A DNA stretch of 44,393 nt from Thermodesulfobacteriota bacterium (GTDB lineage: Bacteria > Desulfobacterota > DSM-4660 > Desulfatiglandales > B25-G16). The notes beneath the pieces are model-generated. The model was not told the origin of the DNA. It saw only the letters and a program-made list of their open reading frames with translations, and ran no database searches. Position 1 is the first letter of the stretch. Each line of letters opens with the position of its first letter. The DNA lies in contig JAYEMW010000346.1 in NCBI GenBank assembly GCA_034718555.1, forward strand, positions 1-44,393, written 5' to 3'. The position numbers and the translations under genes are program-made. Below are positions 1 to 8,200 of the stretch, piece by piece.

Positions 1-2
1 CC

Positions 3-749
3 AAATCTTACAAAGGTAAAAAATCCACGTTGCAAAGCAGAAATGCCTTGATTGGGAATTTTACTGAAAAATACTCAGTAGATTTGCTTCAAAAATTTGC
101 CAGTTCCAAAGGGCTTTGTGCTGTTCAAGGCGCTATTTGCAATGAAATTGGTCTTTCTCCTCAATCTCCGGCAGATGTTGTATTGTGCAAAAGCAAACAA
201 AGAGAACAAAAGGCAAAAGATATAGCAGCAATTTTTGAAGTCAAGATGTCAATTGTTTGGAATTGGGAATTAAAGAATAATCAATTGATTTGTTTAGGGG
301 ATTTCAAAACACATAAAGGCAATCCCGGCCTGCTTCGTTCAGATTCAATGTTAAAGGCGATTGGTAAAAGTATCAATATTCGCGTCTCCAGTTACAGTGC
401 ATCGCCAATCCCGATTATAATACTCGGAAATACTCCAATCACTGAAAGTTATATTCCAAAAGTTGACCATCTCTTTCATGCCGGAATTATTCAAGGATTT
501 TGGTCTGTTAACCCCAATCCATTAGACAGTAACGGTGATAACCTAAAGCAAACACCGGACAATGGTTTTGTGAGAATGAATTCATATGATGAGTTAGAAC
601 AAAATCTTGAAAACTTGCTATCTGAAAAACATGAATTCTTTTCCAGCATGAAGCCGAGAAGAGAATTAGGAAGAATTATTGAAATTGCAAACAGAGAACC
701 GGAGTTTGAAGCAAAAGCAGAGAAATTTTTGTTACTTATAAGGAAATAA
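3..749 (+). CDS. putative type II restriction endonuclease, 5'-partial (frame open to window edge)
   Basis: The ORF-track entry 30..749 starts at a TTG, and the same frame has no stop back to nt 3, so the gene probably starts upstream of the window. Its stop ends 1 nt before the ATG of an SPPY DNA methyltransferase. There is a candidate PD-(D/E)XK-like signature, PADVVL...(~20 aa)...FEVKMS. I did not recognise a family by eye. Confidence 0.5.
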   Translation, partial: KSYKGKKSTLQSRNALIGNFTEKYSVDLLQKFASSKGLCAVQGAICNEIGLSPQSPADVVLCKSKQREQKAKDIAAIFEVKMSIVWNWELKNNQLICLGDFKTHKGNPGLLRSDSMLKAIGKSINIRVSSYSASPIPIIILGNTPITESYIPKVDHLFHAGIIQGFWSVNPNPLDSNGDNLKQTPDNGFVRMNSYDELEQNLENLLSEKHEFFSSMKPRRELGRIIEIANREPEFEAKAEKFLLLIRK

Positions 750-750
750 A

Positions 751-1668
751 ATGGCAAACGGAATATATAAACAAAGAAAAGCCGGTACGGAGACAAGTTC
801 ATTTGGAACCTCAGGACGTATCAATCACGATTCTACCAAATTTTATAAAAGCAGATTGTATGAAGGCTTACATTCTGGGAAAAATGTAAGTTATGCTGAG
901 AACAAAATTCCTGAAAAAAATATTAACAAAATTTTTTGTAAATCTAGTGAAAAAATGGACGAGCTGCCTGATAATAGTGTCCATTTAATGGTTACTTCAC
1001 CTCCCTATAATGTATCTAAAGAATATGATGATGATTTAAGTTTGAACGAATATTTGAAATTATTAAATACTGTCTGGAAAGAAGCATTTCGTGTTTTGGT
1101 TCCTGGTGGGCGTGCCTGTATCAATGTTGCAAATCTTGGCAGAAAACCCTACATACCGCTTCACAGCTACATTATAGAAGGCATGAAGAAAATTGGTTAC
1201 CTCATGCGTGGTGAAATAATATGGAACAAGGCTTCAAGCGCAAGCCCTTCAACGGCTTGGGGAAGTTGGCTTTCAGCCGCAAATCCGGTACTAAGGGATA
1301 TTCACGAATACATTTTAGTTTTTTCTAAAGAGACATTTTCAAGAAAGAAAGAGAATAGAGAAAACACAATTAAAAAGGAAGAGTTCCTTGAATGGACAAA
1401 GAGCGTGTGGTCATTTTCAGCCGTCTCAGCAAGACAAATTGGACACCCTGCACCTTTTCCTGAAGAATTGCCTCATAGGCTGATTCAGTTATATACTTTC
1501 AAAAGCGATGTTGTTTTAGACCCTTTTGTCGGAAGTGGGACAGCCTGCCTCTCCGCTATAAAAGATAAGCGTAGCTATATTGGGTATGATATTGATTCTG
1601 AATATGTAAAATTGGCAGAAAGAAGAATTTCCAATCATACTAAGCAATTAAGGTTATTTGACGAATAG
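751..1668 (+). CDS. DNA methyltransferase, beta-class N4/N6 amino-MTase (SPPY motif, likely N4-cytosine)
   Basis: Motif IV (VTSPPYNV) precedes motif I (DPFVGSGT) near the C-terminus, which is the beta-class order of N6_N4_Mtase-type enzymes. SPPY rather than DPPY is typical of N4-cytosine enzymes. The gene is tightly coupled to the upstream ORF. Confidence 0.9.
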   Translation: MANGIYKQRKAGTETSSFGTSGRINHDSTKFYKSRLYEGLHSGKNVSYAENKIPEKNINKIFCKSSEKMDELPDNSVHLMVTSPPYNVSKEYDDDLSLNEYLKLLNTVWKEAFRVLVPGGRACINVANLGRKPYIPLHSYIIEGMKKIGYLMRGEIIWNKASSASPSTAWGSWLSAANPVLRDIHEYILVFSKETFSRKKENRENTIKKEEFLEWTKSVWSFSAVSARQIGHPAPFPEELPHRLIQLYTFKSDVVLDPFVGSGTACLSAIKDKRSYIGYDIDSEYVKLAERRISNHTKQLRLFDE

Positions 1669-1687
1669 ACTGGCCAACGAAGGCGCT

Positions 1688-1785
1688 CCACCCGGCACCA
1701 GAAACATGCGAGTTTTTAGCTTTTGCCATTTTCAGTACAAAACGTTGCTTTTGCTATGTTTTCATTAGCTTCTGGTGCCGGTGGG
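1688..1785. repeat. inverted repeat (12 bp perfect, 15 bp with one bulge) enclosing a ~66-nt loop
   Basis: CCACCCGGCACCAGAA (1688-1703) pairs with TTCTGGTGCCGGTGGG (1770-1785), immediately downstream of the methyltransferase stop. The arms are GC-rich in an AT-rich context. Confidence 0.7.
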
Positions 1786-1818
1786 CTTGACGGCTATGCC
1801 TAAAAAAAGGGATTAATA

Positions 1819-2053
1819 ATGAGCGAGCTAATAATTTCAAATCCGAAAATAATGATGGGGCAAACCTGTTATTAAAGGAGCTCGAATTACGGTCGAATTA
1901 GTTTTGGAAAAGATAGCAGATGGTGAATCCGTAGATCAAATTTAGAATGAACACCCACGGTTAAAACATGAAGCAATATTAGCATCATGCGCATTTGCAG
2001 CTGAGGCCTTGAAAGCAGATGTAGTGTATCCTGTTGAAGAGGTAACAGTATAA
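1819..2053 (+). pseudogene. decayed DUF433-type antitoxin gene (frameshift plus in-frame stop)
   Basis: Translation gives MSELIISNPKIMMGQTCY*. After a +1 shift it continues PVIKGARITVELVLEKIADGESVDQI*NEHPRLKHEAILASCAFAAEALKADVVYPV. This matches the DUF433 pattern as I recall it (GkPvIkGTRI.V..vL..la.G.s.eeIl..yP.L..e.i.aal.yA). Confidence 0.6.
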
Positions 2054-2199
2054 ATTTTGTTGCGGATGAAAGTATTGGCAAACAAATTGCTTAACGATTG
2101 CGTGATGACGGTCATTTCGTATGGTATTTAGCAGAAATGGCGCCATCTATATCTGATAGGGATTATTCTATCTTATTGTTTTCCTTTGATTCCGGTTAA
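2050..2199 (+). pseudogene. decayed, truncated DUF5615 (PIN-like, Mut7-C type) toxin gene
   Basis: Reads (ATA)NFVADESIGKQIA*RLRDDGHFVWYLAEMAPSISDRD. It has ATA in place of a start codon, an in-frame TAA, and only ~45 of the ~110 expected codons. Overlap with the DUF433 stop is typical of DUF433-DUF5615 pairs. Confidence 0.5.
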
Positions 2200-2243
2200 A
2201 TAAGCTCTGCATTTAACTGGCCAGGGAAAAAGGAAAACAATAA
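2173..2243. repeat. nested long hairpin (14-15 bp outer stem, ~10 bp inner stem)
   Basis: Outer stem: TTATTGTTTTCCTT (2173-2186) pairs with AAGGAAAACAATAA (2230-2243). Inner stem: CCGGTTAAAT (2192-2201) pairs with ATTTAACTGG (2211-2220), 9 of 10 positions. Confidence 0.65.
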
Positions 2244-2285
2244 TAACAGGCCTTACGTTAATAATGCAAACTTATATAAGATTTT

Positions 2286-3950
2286 GGTATCGTTCAAAAG
2301 TGTGTACCTGATATAACAATCAATTAGTATCGTTCAAAAGGTACGGCATGGAATATTTCTTCTATGATTTATCATTGCACAAACACAAATATTGTTTGTA
2401 GCAACACGATAGCAGACAATTTCCCTGTGCGAGAATGGGCCCTTAAGGATAGCTCGTCGGAGCATGAGGGGAATTGTCTGCGGGTATCTATAAACAATTA
2501 TTGATTAAATCACGATCTCCTTCTATGGTTAAGGTAACAACACCAAAAACCAGGAGAAAGAGACCATGATGGAACAGGAAATACATATAACACTTCGATT
2601 CGATTTTGCAATAGGTAAAGTCAATCTAAACGAGATAGTTTATAGGCTGAAAGAACTCCAAAACCCATTGATGCTGGAGATTTTAAAAAGCATTCTGATG
2701 GGCTATGATGACATAATATCAAACCGTTTAAGCCGAACAGATATTTATCCCAGTAAAGCCAGGAAGGGGTTAGGCCGGCATGTAAGAAAAGGGGATTCAG
2801 GAAATCGATTTTGTCGTGGACGGAAGATTCTGAAAAAGGGATATCGTAGCAAGCCACGGCAGATTTCCACAGTGTTTGGCGAATTAGTTTTACCTCTAAG
2901 AAGGAGCGAATGCTGCAATTGTGGTGCAATATATTCTCCCTTGCTAAATGCCTTACAATTAGGCCGATATGCCCGTAAGGAGTCAAATTTTGAGCATGAG
3001 GTGACCGAAGCGGTCATTGATACCAATTATCGAAGGCTCATTGATGGAAGATCCATAGATATATCATTAGGCGGTATCCATAACATAGTGGTTGGAAGTG
3101 ATATAGATGAGACATTTAAGCAACCGGTTTCAACAGAAGATTTATCAGCCATATTGGCTGATGGCACAGGGGTTAAAGAGCATAAGGGTCGTAAAGGAGA
3201 ACTCAGAGCCGTTATAGGCATTACCAGAGCAGGCCGAGTCGAACCCCTTGGTTCCTTTACCAATACCACCTGGCCGGAAATAGAGCGTAATATAAAAGAA
3301 CGTATTAAAGAAGCTAAACCCTATAGCATTCCCTTTATTTATGATGGAGAGCCAGGGCTTGACGATTTTCTCTCTGATGTGGCAGAGTCCCAACGTTGTA
3401 CCTGGCATGGACCAAGAGGACTTTATCATGCCCTTTGGCAAGATGGTCTAAAGAAAAAGGAAAGTCAGCCGGACACAGATAAGATAAAAGAGCTAATAGG
3501 CATAGAGCTACCTGAGGGAGACTTTGAGATTCTTAAAGAAGAAGATAAGGAAACAGTAAAATCCAAATACGAAAGCAGCAAAACAGAAATCAAAGAACTA
3601 ATAAAAACCTTTCGTGAAAAGGGTTACAAGAATGGGGCATCCTATCTTGAAAACCTCTCAGATCGGTTGTTTACCAATATAGACATTTGGTTGAAAACAG
3701 GCGTAATCGCTCCAAAGACAACCTCTCTACTTGAAAGGCTGTTTAGGGAAGTCGGTCGACGACTGAAGAAAATAGCCTGGGGATGGTCTGATGCAGCAGT
3801 GACTAATATCTCCAAGATGATTATGATAAGACAATATTCCAGAGATAAATGGGAACAATATTGGAAAGAGAAACTTGGGATCAAAGGCTACTTCAACATT
3901 GAAATCCTTTCAGTTAAATTGTCACCAGGTACACACTTTTGAACGATACC
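2286..3950 (+). mobile_element. intact insertion sequence, 1665 bp, 25-bp perfect terminal inverted repeats, 8-bp target-site duplication
   Basis: IRL GGTATCGTTCAAAAGTGTGTACCTG (2286-2310) is the exact reverse complement of IRR (3926-3950). The direct repeat AAGATTTT lies at 2278-2285 and 3951-3958. There is one long transposase ORF whose stop lies inside IRR, and a subterminal copy of GTATCGTTCAAAAG at 2327-2340. Confidence 0.9.
2566..3942 (+). CDS. IS transposase (DDE-type presumed; family not assignable by eye)
   Basis: A 458-aa ORF fills the IS and has an AGGAGAAAGAG Shine-Dalgarno sequence upstream of the ATG. The element geometry (about 1.67 kb, 25-bp IR, 8-bp DR) is compatible with ISH6/ISLre2/ISKra4-like groups, but this is a guess. 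Confidence 0.8.
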   Translation: MMEQEIHITLRFDFAIGKVNLNEIVYRLKELQNPLMLEILKSILMGYDDIISNRLSRTDIYPSKARKGLGRHVRKGDSGNRFCRGRKILKKGYRSKPRQISTVFGELVLPLRRSECCNCGAIYSPLLNALQLGRYARKESNFEHEVTEAVIDTNYRRLIDGRSIDISLGGIHNIVVGSDIDETFKQPVSTEDLSAILADGTGVKEHKGRKGELRAVIGITRAGRVEPLGSFTNTTWPEIERNIKERIKEAKPYSIPFIYDGEPGLDDFLSDVAESQRCTWHGPRGLYHALWQDGLKKKESQPDTDKIKELIGIELPEGDFEILKEEDKETVKSKYESSKTEIKELIKTFREKGYKNGASYLENLSDRLFTNIDIWLKTGVIAPKTTSLLERLFREVGRRLKKIAWGWSDAAVTNISKMIMIRQYSRDKWEQYWKEKLGIKGYFNIEILSVKLSPGTHF

Positions 3951-4180
3951 AAGATTTTAAACTCTGAATGAGTTATATAAAGAAAACTCAACTTGCTTAG
4001 GACTTTGTTTAAAGGTACAAATTCGGTGCAAAGTGGGACTTTATCTCTATGCAATATTGCTGAAAGTTATCCTGCCTGCGGAAGACAGGTCTGCCAGTTG
4101 CAGGAATAAAGGTAACTGTGAAGCCTGATTTTATCGGAAAAACTGTGAACGCTTAAACTAACTAATGAGAGAAACTATCC

Positions 4181-5281
4181 ATGAAACGATTTCAATACAT
4201 GATAAACATTACTGTCTGTCTAATCTTGCTGACCTCTTGTTTGCAAAAAAGTGAGGGGGACTTACAGAAAGAAGAAAAGCCTGTGCCTGTGCGCATAATG
4301 GAGATCGAAAATCACGATCTTCCACTAATAGTTGAATCTGTCGGACGGCTTGTGCCAAACCGGGAGGTTACCCTTTCAGCCGAGGTAGGGGGGGTAATTG
4401 AGTCGTACAACGCTGATATTGGTGACAGGGTAGAAAACGGGCGGACCCTTGTTAGGATAGATCAGACGGATTATCGACTTGCACTTAAGGAGGCGGAGGC
4501 AAACCTCGATGTAAGTCAGGCCCGTTTGGATGCCATGGAAAAGAGTTTTGAGCGTTCCAGGAATCTCTTGACGAGAAACGTTATCTCACAGAATGCCTTT
4601 GAGAAATCCGAGGCGGACTTCAAGGCGTCCAATGCATCAGTAGCCCATGGGAAAGTTCTTGTAGAAATTGCAAAGGAACGCCTTAATAAAACACGGATCA
4701 GCGCCCCTTTTTCCGGTTTAATCGCCTCCCGTATGGTGGAGAAAGGACAGACAGTGGGCGTAGGACAACCTGTTATGACACTGATAGACCTGGATCCTAT
4801 GCGAGTAAGAGTCTATCTTACGGAGAGGGATTACGTGCATCTTGACTGGGAAGATTCTGTTTCCGTCATCATAGAGGCATCTCCGGAATCCGTGCTTAAG
4901 GGTCGCATAGACCGGATAGGGATTAAGGCAGATGAACGGACAAACACGTTTGATGTAGAAATTTTGGTAGAGAATCCAAACATCTTTCTCAAGGCAGGCA
5001 TGACCGCCAACGTTCACTTGACTACCGCAGTGATACATGACGTAATCATGATACCCCAAAGTGCTGTGCTCTACAGGAAGGACAGAAAAGAGGTTTTTGT
5101 AGTTGATCCAAATCAAAAGGCTCGAGTTCGTGAGATAGAAACAGGTAGGAGTGAAGGCGCACGAATTCAGATATTGAAAGGATTAATCCCAGGAGAGAGA
5201 CTGGTGGTAACCGGAGGGCAATACCTCAAGCCGGGAAACAGTATAATGGTTTCCTCTACTGAAAAAGAAGAGGTGTTATGA
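4181..5281 (+). CDS. RND efflux periplasmic adaptor (membrane fusion protein, HlyD/AcrA family), lipoprotein
   Basis: The N-terminal signal has a lipobox (LLTSC). Coiled-coil, lipoyl and beta-barrel regions are typical of MFPs. Its stop overlaps the pump ATG (ATGA). Confidence 0.85.
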   Translation: MKRFQYMINITVCLILLTSCLQKSEGDLQKEEKPVPVRIMEIENHDLPLIVESVGRLVPNREVTLSAEVGGVIESYNADIGDRVENGRTLVRIDQTDYRLALKEAEANLDVSQARLDAMEKSFERSRNLLTRNVISQNAFEKSEADFKASNASVAHGKVLVEIAKERLNKTRISAPFSGLIASRMVEKGQTVGVGQPVMTLIDLDPMRVRVYLTERDYVHLDWEDSVSVIIEASPESVLKGRIDRIGIKADERTNTFDVEILVENPNIFLKAGMTANVHLTTAVIHDVIMIPQSAVLYRKDRKEVFVVDPNQKARVREIETGRSEGARIQILKGLIPGERLVVTGGQYLKPGNSIMVSSTEKEEVL

Positions 5282-8200
5282 GTATCTTTCGTTTCATTAT
5301 CCGTCATGGACGCATTTTCACTCTCTTGGTTATAGTTCTGCCTATAGTGGCAGGGACATTTGCCTACCAATCCCTGCCCAAGGAGGGCGAGCCTGAAATA
5401 TCAGCCCCTCATGCCATTATTATCACTTCTTATCCAGGGGCCTCACCCAGCGAGATTGAGAGCTTAGTAACCAACCCCCTTGAAGAGGAACTAAGCGATA
5501 TCAAGAATGTGGAAGAGATGCGGTCATCATCGTCAGAATCTGTCTCAGTGATCGTAATTGACTTTGATGTTGATGCGGACCTGGAGCGGTCACTCCAAAA
5601 AGTAAGGGAAAAGGTAACGGATGCGAGAAAAGATCTCCCTGACGAAGTGGAAGATAGTACTGTAGAGGAGGTAAATCTCACGGACGTCCCTGTCATACTT
5701 ATTTCAGTTGTAGGGGACATGGATCCAATCCGGCTCAAGAGACTGGCCGAAGACGTGGCGGATGAGATAGAACTCCTGCCGGAGGTGCTCTCCACGGATG
5801 TGGCAGGAGGGCTTACAAGAGAAATACAGATCTATCTGGATCCGGAAAGGCTCAATCAATATGGACTGACCATACTTGATGTGTTTAATGCGGTAAAGCA
5901 GGCGGATATAAATATTCCAGGAGGCATGGTCAACCTTGCTGGGCGCCGGTTGATGCTAAGAACATTGACAGAGATAAAAAATGTGCAGGATTATACCCGT
6001 GTGCCGCTTATTAGAAAATGGGACCGGGTAGTTTTTCTGGGAGATGTGGGGACCGTAAAGGATGGTCATACCGAAGAGGTAAGCTATTCAAGAGTGGACG
6101 GTGAATCTTCCGTTTCCATTGCCGTTAAAAAAAGGACAGGCGCAAATATCCTGGAGACCTCGGCAAAGGTCCGCCGGAAGATAAAGGAGCTTCAGAGGAG
6201 TTTCCCTGCAGGTGTTCGCATCATTACAACTGCGGATCAGGCAAAATATATTCAGCAGGGCTTTGATGTGATGAACAATTCTGCCGTGACGGGCCTGATA
6301 ATCGTCATTATTGTGCTATACTTTGCCATGGGTCTTAGGAACTCGGTCATCACATCTCTTTCTATCCCCTTGTCGCTCTTAGTAGCATTCATACTCCTCA
6401 AGGTGTTCGGTCAGACAAACAACAATATGGTTCGTTTTGCACTGGTTCTATGTATTGGACTCCTGGTAGACAACGCTATAATTGTTGTGGAAAACGTTTA
6501 TCATCACTATCAGCTTGGCAAGGATAGACTAACTGCTGTGATAGATGGAGTTTCTGAGATAGCAGCTCCGGTTATTTCGGCCACACTGACTACAATGGCG
6601 GCATTCCTGCCCATGCTTCTCATGACCGGTACTACGGGAGAATACATGGGCTATCTACCCAAAACGGTCACCATAGCGCTTTCTGCATCTCTGATCATTG
6701 CGTTGATAGCAAATCCACTCGTCCTTGCCCGATTCATGAAGAGATCAGTAAAGAAGGGTAGGGTAATCAGGCCCGAGGAGGATCTTGTCAGTCTTAAGAA
6801 AATCTATGTTAGAGGCGTTTCCTGGGCATTGAATCATCGTTTCATAATCGTGCTTTTTACCATATTAAGCCTTGCATGGGCCGTGAGCCTGATCGGCATG
6901 AAGGTGATAAAGATAGAGATGTTTCCGGATATAGATTTTGATTATATTTATATCACTGTGGAAACACCGCCAGGGACTGACGTGGACATTACAAATGATA
7001 TAGCGCTTCAAATCGAAAAGATAGTGAAAGAAAATGTGCCCGAAGCGGTTCAAGTAGTCTCGACCGCAGGTGCAAAGGGACAAAGCGCCTATGAGATATC
7101 ATTCGGATCAGGAAAAATAAGCAATTTCGCTGAGGTAACGATTGAGCTTCTTGACGGAAAGGAGTATGCCCGGCAGTCCCACAAGGAGATTGAGAAGCGT
7201 ATACGCCCTAAATTAGACACAATACCTGGAGCTGTGATACGTTTCCGCCCCCTTTCATGGGGACCTCCTTCCTTTGCTCCTATCGTGGTAAAAGTGATTG
7301 GACCCGAGATAGAAATGCTTCGTCATATAACCGAGGACGTGAAGGGTATTCTTACACGAATTCCTGGAATAGCCGATATAAAGGATGATTTTTCCAATGC
7401 ACCTCCTGAGCTTAGAGTCCAGGTAGATCGGGATTCGGCGGCCATGTTGGATGTGCCGCTGGATATGGTGGCCATGGGGCTAAGGGGAGCCACGGCCGGC
7501 CTGGATATACGGGAATTCAGGGATGAGTTGGATGTATCAAGGAAATATGATCTGAAGGTTCGGTTCTCGCCGGAATCCAGGACCAGCACTATGATGCTGG
7601 AAAAGGTCAAGGTACGGTCAAGGTCGGGTGAGCTGGTGCCCCTATCCAATATTGCCGGTTTCAACCAGGGGCCTGGTATAAACAGTATAGGGCACGTAGA
7701 TCGAAGAAGGGTGGTACGGGTTTCAGCACGGAACGAACAACGATCCGCAGTGGAAATTACTACGGATCTCAAGAAAATACTTGAAGAATACAAGCTGCCT
7801 AATGGTTATGCATTTGACCTTTCAGGAGAATACCATGAGACGGAAGAATCCTTTGCAAGTCTTAAACTGGCTTATATAGTATCATTTATCCTCATCTTTA
7901 CACTCCTTGTTACACAATTTAATTCATATTTCCAACCCCTTGCCATTATGACCGCCCTTCCTCTCTCGGTTGTGGGAGCCATGTTCGGACTGCTTGTTAC
8001 GGGAAACAACTTTTCCATCATGGGCTTTGTTGGGCTGGTGGGCCTGACCGGGATTGTAGTTAATGACTCTATTGTACTCGTAGACTGTATCAACCGAATG
8101 CGTGACAAGGAGATGAATATCTTTAATGCCATTATAGCCGCAGGTCTGCAGCGGTTGAGGCCCATCATTTCTACGACGCTTTCCACCATAGGGGGCATAA

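Noticed and set aside
1688-1785. The inverted repeat after the methyltransferase might be an integron attC site.
   Set aside because: There are no RYYYAAC / GTTRRRY core sites at the ends and no integrase gene in the window. Only the generic imperfect-palindrome property is shared.
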